Below are positions 11,445-22,985 of a stretch of 64,000 bases of DNA, in pieces. This DNA is from Octopus sinensis (lineage: Eukaryota), in the NCBI RefSeq assembly GCF_006345805.1, contig NC_043010.1, positions 51,088,001 through 51,152,000 on the forward strand, given 5' to 3'. The notes beneath the pieces are model-generated. The model did not search any database. It was not told the DNA's origin and saw only the letters and a program-made list of their open reading frames with translations. The translations under genes and the position numbers were made by a program. Within the stretch, counting starts at the first letter, position 1. Every line of letters starts with the position of its first letter.

Positions 11445-11743
11445 CAGTGGTTCTTATCCAAGGTCCATGTTGCCCCTGGAAGTCCATGTAAAACTTTTGG
11501 GGGTCTATGCAAGTGAAATTGTAAATTGGGGAACAACATGTTACTTTGGATGTATTTATTGCAAAAAAACTTGTTTCTCAGACGTTTTACATAGTTCAAC
11601 CTACACAAGTCAATGCATGAAAAACAAAATAGAAAGAAGCTTCTATTAAGCTAGTTTTTAAACAATGAATAGCTAGGGGGGGGGGGCAGAATAAAATAGT
11701 AATCAAAGGTTGTTCATAGGCAAGAAATGTTTGAGAACTACTT
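11445..11743. mobile_element. hAT-type MITE
   Basis: CAGTGGTTCT/AGAACTACTT ends; 8-bp TSD GTCTAGAT. Confidence 0.75.
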
Positions 11744-11905
11744 GTCTAGATTATCAAGGAGCTAAGTTTTTAGACATGGATATAACTCAATTCAGGATAC
11801 ACCCTGTTAGTTTCTTGATTGTGTCATTCACTGCATCTACACATAGTTCCTTCAAGAAATAGAAGCAATGAAACAAAAGAATAAAATATAAAGATCCATT
11901 ATTAC

Positions 11906-12032
11906 TGGACGTTTTGCAGGTGGTTTCTCTTGGACAACTGTGATATCAGCATCTTTTTCCTTTGGGACACCTCTTTGCGGAGCTCCAGGCACAGTGCTAT
12001 CAGGTACACCTTTCTTGGGAGTCACTTGTTCC
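11906..12032 (-). CDS. REC8: REC8 coding exon 9 (EQVTPKKGVPDSTVPGAPQRG...PPAKRP)
   Basis: CAG/GTAATA, 127 nt, phase 2-0. Confidence 0.78.
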
Positions 12033-13344
12033 CTGAAATAAAACAAGAAAAACATTCTTGACCTGATACCACAATACACAGTTTCCATAATAATATTCTA
12101 ACACAAAGACACAAATTTCGGTTGTGGATGCGAACAGGTACAGCTGAGTAACCCCAAAAGGATAAAACGCTAAGTCAACTTCCACAGAATTTGAACTCAC
12201 AATGAATTATGATACCCCACCACTGCCGTCTTTATCTTCTTCCCAGCTACCCCCCACCCACCCTTATATAATGCCATGGATCTCCTCCTCTATGACAAGA
12301 CATCTGTGCTGGTTTCTCTATCATACTTTAGCTTCTCGAATCCTGCATTTAGCCTCCACCCTCCTTTTTGAAAAAATCCTTCCCTCATTTGGTCGAAGGG
12401 GCCTTTTTCCTGTTCTTTTTCTTTCTTACAAGTTGCTTCGCAAACCTCACTAGTAGTGGTGGTGTGGAAAAAGTACCCAGTAAACACTGTAAAGTGATTG
12501 CCCCCCCCCCCCCCAGCTGCAGAAACTATGCCAAAGCTGACATTGGAGCATGGAGCAGCTCTACATTTTGCCAAATCCTGTTGAACCATCCAACACATAC
12601 AAGCTTGGAAAACAGACATTAGATGATGATGATGATGATGATGATTGATGATGATGATTGATGATGATGATGATTGATGATGATGATGATGATGGTGATT
12701 GATGATGATTGATAATGATGATGATGATGATGATTGATGATGATGATGATGAATGATGATGATGATGATGAATGTAAGGAGATGCAACTAAATACTATAA
12801 GGCAATTTTGTCCAGTGTTCCACTGCTTGTAACATTAAAAAAAGAGAGAATATAAAATTTTTAATTCATTGGCAAGAAATGTTTGAGAACTACTTGTCTA
12901 GATTATCGTGGAGCTAAATTTTTAGGCATGGATACAACACAATTTAAGATACACACAGTTTCTTGATTGTGGCTGTGTGGTAAATAGCTTGCTTACCAAC
13001 CACATGGTTCTGGGTTCAGTCCCACTGTGTGGAACATTGGGCAAGTGTCTTCTACTATAGCCTCGGGCCGACCAAAGCCTTGTGAGTGGATTTGGTAGAC
13101 GGAAACTGAAAGAAGCCCGTCGTATATATATATGTGTGTATGTGTGTGTCTGTGCTTGTCCCCCCAACATTGCTTGACACCCGATGCTGGTGTGTTTACG
13201 TCCCTGTAACTTAGCGGTTCGGCAAAAAGAGACCGACAGAATAAGTACTAGGCTTACAAAGAATAAGTCCTGGGGTCGATTTGCTCGACTAAAGGCGGTG
13301 CTCCAGCATAGTCACAGTCAAATGACTGAAACAAGTAAAAGAAT

Positions 13345-13612
13345 TTAACTCTTTAGCATTCAGATTATTCTATCAAATGTAATGCTTATTTATTCACAAT
13401 GTTTTGAATTAATCATGTATTATCCTGTAACTCTGAGATTTCAATGATGTGACTGTATATTTTAAAAATAACATTGTAGGATAGGTGTGAGAAGCTAGAT
13501 CTGGCCAGTTTGAACATAAAACATAGAGAATATTTGGGCTGGATCTGATCAGTTTGATCATGAAATGCGTAGACTATTTGGGATGTGGCCAGTTAAAATG
13601 CTGAAGGGTTAA
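13345..13612. mobile_element. piggyBac-like MITE family
   Basis: TTAA-C(T/C)CTTTAG...AAGGG-TTAA; further copies at 14815-15043, 27305-27521 (reverse) and ~46900-47125. Confidence 0.75.
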
Positions 13613-13677
13613 ACATGTAAAGTGTGAAATTCATGGTTACTGTCTTTTCCAAAAGGTTGCCCCAGGCAACTCCTATT

Positions 13678-14511
13678 TCTTTACTGCCCACAAGGGGCTA
13701 AACACAGAAGGGACAAACAAGGACAGACACACGGATTAAGTCGATTATATCAACCCTGGCAGAAACGTTAGCACGCCGGGCGACATGCGTAGCCGTATTT
13801 CGTCTGCCGTTACGTTGTGAGTTCAAATTCCACTGAGGTCAACTTTGCCTTTCATCCTTTTGGGGTCGATAAAACAAGTACCAGTTTTGCACTGGGGTCG
13901 ATGCAATCGACTTAATCCCTTTGTCTGTCCTTGTTTGTCCCCTTTATGTTTAGCCCCTTGTGGGTAATAAAGAAATAGATATATCAACCCCAGGGCGTAA
14001 CTGGTACTTATTTAATTGACCCCGAAAGGATTAAAGATAAAGTCGACCTCGGCGGAATTTGAAATCAGAACGTAACGGAAGACGAAATACCTATTTCTTT
14101 ACTACCAATAAGGGGATAAAACACAGAGGGGACAAACAAGGACAGACACATGGATTAAGTTGATTATATCGACCCCAGTGCGTAACTGGTACTTAATTTA
14201 TCGACCCCGAAAGGATGAAAGGCAAAGTCGACCTCGGCAGAATTTGAACTCAAAACATAGTGGCAGATGAAATACCTATTTCTTTACTACCCACTAGGGG
14301 CTAAACACAGAGGAGACAAACAAGGACAGACAAACGGATTAAGTCAATTACATCGACCCCAGTGCATAACTGGTACTTAATTTATCGACCCCGAAAGGAT
14401 GAAAGGCAAAGTCGACCTCAGCGGAATTTGAACTCAGAACATAGTGGCAGATGAAATACCACTGAGCATTTCGCCTGGCGTGCTAACGTTTCTGCTAGCT
14501 TGCCCCCAGCA
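13678..14511 (-). mobile_element. SINE family B multimer with a nested opposite-strand family B copy
   Basis: 18-bp TSD GTTGCCCCAGGCAACTCC; inner copy ~13757-13978 with TSD TATATCAACCC. Confidence 0.8.
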
Positions 14512-15314
14512 GTTGCCCCAGGCAACTCCATATCCAATAAGGGAGCCTCATGAGCTAATGAGGGAGTTTCCCTAATCAACAAGGGAACCTCACCTTAGTC
14601 ACTAGATTTGCTATTAATAGTAGCTAAATCTCTCTCAGATCACACAATGCTATTATAGCAAGACTCAAAACTGAGTCAACAGATTGTGAAGTTTAAGTCA
14701 CAACACAGCACAACCTTGTTCACACGAGAGGTCAAGTTATTGACCAATCAGCAGCCAAGCTTCACATGATAGGTTCTTCTAGATCCTTCTGGAATGTCTT
14801 GGTACAAGGGTTATTTAACCCTTTAGTGTTCAGATTAATCTGTTAAATGTAATACTTTTTTCACTCAAATTATTTTCAATTAATCATACATTATCTTATA
14901 GCTTTGAAATTTCAATGGTGTGATAGTTTAATCTTAGAATGTCAATGTAGGTTAGGTGTGAGGGGCTAGATATGGCCAGTTTGAATGTAAAACATGTAGG
15001 ATATTTGGGCCGGATATGGCCAGCTTAAACATAAAAGGGTTAAAGGTTTGTTCTAGTGCTAACTTTCAGTGTATGATAACCAGCAGTCCAGCTACACACA
15101 CTCTCCTTCCATTATAATAGTCATTATAAATAATCCTGCTTGCATTGGATATATCAACATAATTAACCGATATAAATCTACTGTGAATATTTTTTCTCCT
15201 GTCATAACAAACTTCAGTACAGAGCTTTTGTAATCAACTATTTATAAATGCTACTGAATTATTCCTTCAATGGTGCTGAGTTGTTCTTTTATCTTTTGTC
15301 ACTTTTTTACTTGT

Positions 15315-15630
15315 TTAACCCCTTACCCAACAATTATTTTGAAAATAAATGTATTTTTTCAGACATATTTTTTAATTGTTTTATTTTACTATGTTTTGAA
15401 TGGTGATTTCGAGGTATATTTCAAACCTTATTTATTATGAATTTTAATTCAATAATATTGATTTTAAATTACGGCATTGGGCAGAAACGAGTTAACCCGT
15501 TTTTAGATGAAGGAACTCGTTTGCTGTCGATTTTGGCGAGTCTATCTTTTGACGAGTTAACTCGCCAGAGATGGAAAAAAACGATTTCGGTCAAAATGCA
15601 TATATTCGTTTCTGCCGAGTAAGGGGTTAA
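15315..15630. mobile_element. piggyBac-like MITE
   Basis: TTAA-CCCCTTAC...GTAAGGGG-TTAA. Confidence 0.8.
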
Positions 15631-15962
15631 GTCATTAGATAGCAGCCATACTGCAGCATCACCACCTCAAACAATTTTTTAGTCAAACGAATCAACACCA
15701 GTACTTTATATTTGTTAAGACTGCTATTTATTCTATCAGTCTCTTTTTTGTCAAACCACCAAGTTATGGGGACATAATCACAGCAACCAGATTGTCAAGC
15801 AGTAGTGGTGGACAAACACAGACACAAAAGACACATATATCATCATCATCATTTCCTGTCCATTTTCTATGCTGGTATGAGTTAGGGTGTTTGACTGGAA
15901 CTGGTAAGCCAGAGAGATGCACCAGGCTCCAGTCAGTTCTGGCTTCATTTCTACAGCTGACC

Positions 15963-15989
<27 letters not shown>

Positions 15990-15993
<4 letters not shown>

Positions 15994-16290
15994 TTAGAAA
16001 AAAACCCCACCTTTTATCAATTCAATAATGAAAAATTAAATGACACCATCTAGAAAATTACATATTATAGAAAAATTAAATTTAAGATAAAAAATATACC
16101 AATGATTACGTAATGTGCAAAATAATAAATAAAACGTATATATTTGGTAGAATAACGACACATGTTTCATGGCTATATTTAAGAAATGATTATAGTAAAA
16201 ATATTAGTAATAGTAGTAAAATCACTTCGATATAAATATAGCCACTCATCAGGTTAAAGATAACTACAATAATAAAATAATTAAAACAAC
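15990..16290 (-). mobile_element. Penelope-like 3' terminal fragment
   Basis: Contains a canonical hammerhead; ends in (TA)n at 15963-15990. Confidence 0.55.
16153..16256 (-). ncRNA. Type I hammerhead ribozyme, canonical core, sense to REC8 intron
   Basis: UAAC-CUGAUGA-GUGGCUAUAUUUA...UAAAUAUAGCCAU-GAAA-CAUGU-GUC-GUUA; 13-bp stem II, GUC cleavage triplet. Confidence 0.85.
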
Positions 16291-16735
16291 ATGAAAGGAT
16301 GTTATTAGGAATGGAATGTTATTAGGATATTATAAGGAATGGCATGTTATTAAGATGTTATTAGGAATGGAATGTTATAAGGATGTTATTAGGAATGAGA
16401 TGTTATTAGGAATGGAATGTTATAAGGATGTTATTAAGAATGACATGTTATTAGGATGTAATTAGGAATGGCATGTTATTAGGAATGACATGTTATTAGG
16501 ATATTATTAGGAATGACATGTTATTAGGATGTTATTAGGAATGGCATGTTATTAGGATATTATTAAGAATGACATGTTATTAGGATGTTATTAGGAATGG
16601 CATGTTATTAGGAATGACATGTTATTAGGATATTATTAGGAATGGCATGTTATTAGGATATTATTAAGAATGACATGTTATTAGGATATTATTAGGAATG
16701 GCAGGTTATAAGGATGTTATTAGGAATGACATGAA
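16290..16735. repeat. Minisatellite of mixed 17-bp and 11-bp units
   Basis: AGGAATG(G/A)CATGTTATT interspersed with AGGAT(G/A)TTATT. Confidence 0.9.
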
Positions 16736-16858
16736 AATATCCTAAAATACAGGCCTTTTGTACTTAGTCAAAAAATAAAAACAGATACTAGAACCAAAAG
16801 CCAGTGGTGTAGCTATCAAACGTAGTAGCAGCAGATATAATATAATAGTTTTACTAAC

Positions 16859-16974
16859 TTAGCTGGTTCTGCCCCTGGCAATTCTTCAGTTGGCAGAAGA
16901 ATGTTGAGATCAGTTTCATCACTTACTATCATCTGCAAACCTTGGGGATCAAATGTTGGTAAATCAGGCTCTGC
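16859..16974 (-). CDS. REC8: REC8 coding exon 8 (AEPDLPTFDPQGLQMIVSDETDLNILLPTEELPGAEPA-K)
   Basis: CAG/GTTAGT, 116 nt, phase 0-2. An alternative in-frame acceptor 6 nt upstream (16980) would add FQ. Confidence 0.8.
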
Positions 16975-17086
16975 CTGAAACTGCAACAAAGAATAAAACA
17001 GGTTCATTGGTCACTAAGAATGATTGACTGACAGACTGACTCAGACAGAGGTGGGGAAGGGGAATTGGAGAGAGAGAGAGAGGATG

Positions 17087-17520
17087 GAACATAGTTATTT
17101 AAATTTAAATTTAAATAACCATGTTCTCTAACTGGCAAAATTCACTGCAGAGAATTATTTTCTGCAGAATTATTTCCGGTATTGTTGGCGCGCCAAAACG
17201 AAGACTTTTGAAATATAATCCCAAATGTAATTGGTAGAACTATATACATGTTCAATCTCATGCGGACGTCTCGCGTATAGTTCTGCAAAGTATATTTTGC
17301 TAAGACGATCACACTGACGAGTTGCAGACATCTACATAAGTGGTAACAACGAAACTGGTTTGTGATTAATCTGTATATTTTGTATCTGTTCATTTGTCTT
17401 GCTCACTTACATTCTGGAGTTTGCTGAATTTTCTTGAGAACATTCCTGTCTTACTGGTAAGACCATAGGGGGTTGACTTCTAGCATAATGGATGTCCACT
17501 TAGTGGTCATCCCTCTCATA
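17087..17520 (+). mobile_element. Penelope-like 3' terminal fragment
   Basis: Contains a canonical hammerhead; 40-bp palindrome at the left junction, (TA)n at the right. Confidence 0.55.
17307..17367 (+). ncRNA. Type I hammerhead ribozyme, canonical core
   Basis: GAUCACA-CUGACGA-GUUG...CAAC-GAAA-CUG-GUU-UGUGAUU; 7-bp stem I, 4-bp stem II, minimal stem III. Confidence 0.85.
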
Positions 17521-17614
17521 TGTATATATATATATATATATCCATGTTTTTAATTGTTACTGTCCCCAAAAAAGAATTTTTGTTTCCTGTTCGTCTCTGT
17601 TGCGTTTCATTCTT

Positions 17615-17680
17615 TCCTTCTGTGGCTGGCTGATTCAGAGTGGATCTCAGAAATAAACAGCCGAAATCTGCGATGAGGGA
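17615..17680 (+). ncRNA. Degenerate hammerhead-like motif
   Basis: UCCUU/AGGGA stem I, GGCUG/CAGCC stem II, GAAA-UC-UGC-GAU; core and cleavage base are mutated. Confidence 0.3.
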
Positions 17681-17773
17681 TCAGTTTCTGAATGAAGAAT
17701 GAAGGCTTGAATGACTTATTTGTCTTTTTGTTCGTCTCTTCGTGTATTTCACGTTATTTATTTATATAAAGGT

Positions 17774-17804
<31 letters not shown>

Positions 17805-17811
<7 letters not shown>

Positions 17812-18545
17812 TCAGCAAAAATTTAGATTCAGATGAATATGGTACTTAAGTTAAAGGCACCAGAATTTGGTATGGTATTATCCATATAAATCAAAATGGA
17901 GTGATTACTATCAAAGTAAGCAACAAGGATATCCAAAGGTAGTGTAGTACAATTGTTTCATGCTACTTCATTTAATTAAACAATGTAAGTATTACATCAG
18001 TTTTAAAATGTAGAGCCCTCTTCATCCACATATGGAATTTTATAAAATTAAATTGACAATGTTCATTTTTATACTTATTCCATTTGCCAACATTGCAAAG
18101 AGGGTAGATATATTGACAGAGAAGTGAATTTCATCAGTAAAAACATGGTAGTAGAAGATCTTAACTCATGGGTCTTCTTGATAATTTTAGTAACTTCTAT
18201 GCTGAAGTAGAAACATGTTCTTTGTCTAGCTCCTTAACTTCTCAGAGATTTTAGGTATAATTATACTAATGTGTCCATTTGTTCTAATATAATTAAATTC
18301 TTTGTGCAGCTGAAGATTGCACTACATTTTAAATTGATGTAATGATTGCATTGTTCAATTAAATGGAGTTGCATGTAATGATCGTACTGCATTACCTCTG
18401 GATATTCTTGTTGCTTATTTTGACTTTAATCACCTTACTTTGAAATTATATGGATAATACCGTACTAAATTCTGGTGCCTCAACTTAAGTTCCATATTCA
18501 TCTAAATCTAAATTTTTGCTGAACTCATCTATGATACCCAAAGTA
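17805..18545. mobile_element. Penelope-like terminus, diverged inverted pair
   Basis: Imperfect inverted arms of ~200 bp between (TA)n tracts; relatives at 21740-21985 and 26058-26395. Confidence 0.6.
18304..18392 (+). ncRNA. Hammerhead motif, partly decayed (GAAA to GUAA)
   Basis: GUGCAG-CUGAAGA-UUGC...GCAU-GUAA-UGAUCG-UA-CUGCAU. Confidence 0.65.
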
Positions 18546-19200
18546 TATATATATATTGTGTTTTTTAAATTATTCTTCAAAATTACTCTAAATGTCCTTG
18601 ACTGTAAGATTCATGTAGAAAGCGGTTTATAATAATGATATAATTTACTCATTTACCAATTAAAAACTTCCTTAGAAACAGCCGTAATGGATTGACACCT
18701 GTCTTTCAGTTGTTACTTATTTACTTTTAATTCACCTTGCGTACTCTGAAGTATATTATGGACTGTATATTTAATAAAATGTACATGTCTGAATAGCTCA
18801 AGAGTGGATTATGAATTCAAGTTAAATTGACTGCATACATTACTTGCAAATCATTCTGCCAGTACTTCTGTACCAAGGTTTGTATTCAAATAAAAATTGT
18901 TGTGTGTGCATTTTATTCCGATCTAACTAGGTGGCTCAACTTTAAGTATCTTTATCAAATGAATATTGTTTATACTGTGTGTGTGTGTGATCACATTTGT
19001 CCCCACCAGCACTTGATAACAGGTATCAGCTTGTTTGCATCTCCATAACTTAGTCGTTTGGCAAAGGAGTCTGACAGGCTAAGTACCAGGCTTCAGAATA
19101 AGTACCAGGGTTGATTTGACTCAACTCATCAAGGAAGAAACCCCATCATGGCTACAGTCAAATGACTGAAAAAAAAAACAAATACAAAAAACATAGATAC

Positions 19201-19271
19201 CATAGTCACATTGTCTGCAACAATCTCCCGCATCCTCAACTGGTCTTCAGGCATAGAGAATGCCGGCATAG
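19201..19271 (-). CDS. REC8: REC8 coding exon 7 (AMPAFSMPEDQLRMREIVADNVTM)
   Basis: AAG/GTATCT, 71 nt, phase 1-0; resembles the kleisin I(T/R)(M/I)RE motif. Confidence 0.8.
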
Positions 19272-19379
19272 CTTGTATAAAGAAGAGGCAAAATACATAA
19301 TGAGTACAAGCAGATGACAATAATGACTAGAAACACTTATTAACAGTATTGATGATAATGATGGTATATATGAATATAT

Positions 19380-20440
19380 GAGCAAAAAGCCCCCCCTCCA
19401 ATGGACGGTGCTGAGTTGTCAAACATTTAAACCAAATTTTCTCAAAATAACTTGTCTGACCGTTCCATAGGCCTCCCCTTTGAGAAACACTGATTTAACC
19501 TAAATTTGAGACACCAGCAAAAGAAGAAATAAAGATGGACCTTTTTTTCTATTCCGAAGAAAAATGATTTTGTTCACACAAATATGCAATCGAAGAGTTT
19601 AGAGTACCAGTAATGATAAGGCTGTTGACTGGGAGAACACAAACATGGTTTAAACAGTAAGCTTGGCAGGAAAGAAACGTGCCTTTAAGCAGTACAAAAA
19701 CGACAAAAAATGGAAGGTGCAGTTATGTACAGGTTGACGGAAGAAAAGCAGTACAAAAACGATGCATGCAAATGGGTTAGCTGGAGGTAAATCTAGATGG
19801 AAAAGCATGATGAATTTATGAGAACGCACCTGGGACAATAATAAGTTTATCCAATAAAACATGTAGGAAATCAGCTTGGGGCGATTTTTGATGAAAAGCA
19901 ACAATCTAGGGAACTAAGTAACTAATTTTAAGCTAACTTACTTTACGGGATGTTCAAGGGCATGGAAAAGCTAGTGGAGTACAGCCTTAAGCATGCCTTT
20001 ATTTCAATAAAATTTTTGGTTTTGTTGAATGAAGTTAAGGCAAAAAAATTCCTGAGAAACCAAATAGTCTTTCCTTCCTTCATGCCAAGCTTGAAGAAAA
20101 TATCTCTTTTGCATCTTACTTTTTTGGTCTCTTAAATATACTGCATTTTGTGGCATTATTTCAAGCCAGCCGGCTTTTTTTGCACAAACTGCACGTGCAT
20201 TTTTCTCGCATACACGTAGTATCGATCACAACAGCTGATGTACTTGTGCATACAAATGCACGTTCCCACGGCTTTATCGATCACATTCTCACCTGGAATC
20301 AATTTTTGTAATTTTTTCAAGACTTATACACGCCCTGATACCGTCAGTATCTACATATCAAATTTGAGCGCAATCAGATGGAGGATGCCAGAGATCCTAG
20401 AAGACACACACACACAGAAAGAACGGATTTTATATAATAT
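19380..20440 (+). mobile_element. Non-autonomous Helitron/Helentron-like element, second family
   Basis: Shares both ends with the internally deleted copy at 51918-52318; ends ...GAACGGATTTTATATAATA. Confidence 0.5.
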
Positions 20441-20710
20441 ATATATATATATATAAGTAATGTGGACTTATCTTATAAAACAAAACAGAATCTTTACAGT
20501 TAAATATCTTTGCACAGAAATCTAATACAAGACTTCCTATCTAACACTTTTACTCAACTTAAAAGTGAAGAACATAAAAATGAACGAAATACTACTAAGC
20601 ATTTGTGCTAATGATTCTGCTAGGTCGTTGCCCTCAAGACAAGAAATATTGTAATGAAATTGGTTGAAAAGTTAATCAAGTGCAAGAATGTGGAAACAGA
20701 GAAAAATTAC

Positions 20711-20828
20711 CAGGCTTAGATTTTGAAGTTAAACTAGGCGGAGATGGAGTTGATGGCTCTTTCTGGATAGATACAGTATAATCTGATTGCAGTGGCATTT
20801 CAAAAGAAATATCTCTGCTCCACACTTC
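20711..20828 (-). CDS. REC8: REC8 coding exon 6 (EVWSRDISFEMPLQSDY...SKSKP)
   Basis: CAG/GTAATT, 118 nt, phase 0-1. Confidence 0.8.
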
Positions 20829-21886
20829 CTGTAAAAAGAAAGAAAACACATTTTTATAAGTGTGTTTGTGTAGTTGAGAAGAGTGCTCCATAACCATGTG
20901 GTCTTGGGTTCAGTTCCATTGTGTGGTACCTTGTAAAAAGTGTCTTCTGTTATAAACCCTGCACCGAACAAAGTTTTGCGAGTGGATATGGGTTTCTTTC
21001 AGTTTCTATCTACCAAATCCACTTACAAGGCTTTGGATGGCCCAGGGTTATAGTGAAAGACCCTTGTCCAAGGTATCACACAATGCAACTGAACCTGAAA
21101 CCAAGTGGTTGAGGAGCAATTTTCTTCCAAACTTGTTTATATAAAATATTTTTTTTGCCAGAAATCCCCATCTTTCGGATACGGAGATTCCGGAAAATTG
21201 CCAAAAATCAGCATTGTGAAACCCCCACCCCTTTCCTCACCAACTTCTTCAATTTTGACTTTTTTGCCAACACTAATCCTAAAACCCTAACCTTAACCCT
21301 AAAACCGTAACCTTAAGTAGAGAAATGTTTTGAAATTTTTGTCCGAATCATAATGGCCATATCTTTCCGCATATTTAGAAAAAAAAAATTCTTTAAAAAC
21401 ATTTTATAAAGATTTTTGGTAATTTTTTTCAGAATCATAATCTCCATATTTTTCTGCATATTTTGGGGAAAAAAGTTCTGAAAAAAGTTGAAAATGAAGG
21501 AAATGTGAGTGGATTTGGGTTTGGTATTCTCTTACTAAACCTCATGACATTGCTTCAAATAAATCTTGATTTTATGACTGTTCCATTTAGAATGTCTGTC
21601 TACTCCACCAACTCTACCCCAAATAGATTCTACCCACTGTCTTCTCTCACCCTTAAATATACAAAGGATTTGATAAGCTAGTCTATAAATTAAAACTGAC
21701 CACCCCGTAATAAAACTAAACAACAGAAAAATCAGTGACAGGCAGTGTCTTCTTGAAAATAAATTTCAGTTACATCTATGATGTTGTTGGTAAAACATGT
21801 TCTTTGTCTATCTCCTTATCCTCTTGGAGATTTTAGGTAAAATTATATTAATGTGTCCTTCTAATTTAATTAAATTCTATGTCTTT

Positions 21887-21969
21887 GTGCAGCTGAAAAT
21901 TGCTCTACATTTTAAATTGATGTAATGATTGCATTGTTCATGGAGTCGCATGAAACGATCATACTGCAT
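21887..21969 (+). ncRNA. Hammerhead motif, partly decayed (G8 to A)
   Basis: GUGCAG-CUGAAAA-UUGC...GCAU-GAAA-CGAUCA-UA-CUGCAU; its defects are complementary to those of the 18304 copy. Confidence 0.65.
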
Positions 21970-22226
21970 TACCTCTGGATATTCATATATATATATATAT
22001 ATTCTCATATTTTTTTACTTGTTTTACTTATTTTATTATGGCCATGATGGAGCACTGCCTTAAAGGGTTTTTAGTTGAAGAAATCAACCCCAGGACTTAT
22101 TTTAAGTCTAGTACTTACTCTATCAGACACTTTTGCCAAGCTACTAAGTTACAGGGATGTAAACACACCAACATCGGTTGTCAAACGATAGTGGGGGGGG
22201 AACAGACACAAAGGTACACACATACA

Positions 22227-22985
22227 CACACACATATATATATATATGACGAAGTGGTGAAGCACGACCTTCGGACGTTAGGTCTCACCATGGAAATGAC
22301 TAGAGACCGAGACCTATGGAAGTATGCTGTGCGTGAGAAGACCCGGCAAGACTAGTGAAGCCATAATCCGTGGCCCCTACCTGGGACGTAGTCAGTCCAC
22401 CTGTGCATACCTTCCTTCTTGTGACACTTGTAAAGACCTGTTGAGGCAAGTGAGAATCGAATCGAATCAAATCAAATCAAATCGAACCAAATCAAAATAG
22501 ATGAACATCAATGGAATTTGTATCCTTGTGGTACCAGTGCCGGTGGCACATAAGAAAACCATCCGAACGTGATCGTAGCCAGTACCGCAACGACTGGCCT
22601 CCGTGCTGAGGGCACGTAACAAACACCATCCGAGCGTGGCCGTCCGCCAGCCCCGTCTGGCACCTGTGTCGGTGACACATAAGAAAACACCATCCGAGCG
22701 TGGCCGTCAGCCAGCCTCGTCTGGCACCTGTGTCGGTGGCACATAAAAAACACCATCCGAGCGTGGCCGTCTGCCAGCCTCGTCTGGCACCTGTGTCGGT
22801 GGCACATAAAATCACCCACTACACTCTCGGAGTGGTTGGCGTTAGGAAGGGCATCCAGCTGTAGAAACACTGCCAGATCTGACTGGCCTGGTGCAGCCTT
22901 CGGGCTTGCCAGACCCCAGTTGAACCGTCCAACCCATGCTAGCATGGAAAGCGGACGTTAAACGATGATGATGATGATGATGATA
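22227..22985 (+). mobile_element. 5'-truncated RTE-clade LINE 3' end
   Basis: DEVVKHDLRTLGLTMEMTRDRDLWKYAVREKTRQD*, 3' UTR with ~62-bp tandem repeats, (GAT)n tail. The same tail family occurs at 7640-7945+, 51155-51480- and 58030-58270+. Confidence 0.75.

Noticed and set aside
18600-18700. GAAACAGCCGUA half-hammerhead
   Set aside because: No matching core or stems could be found upstream.
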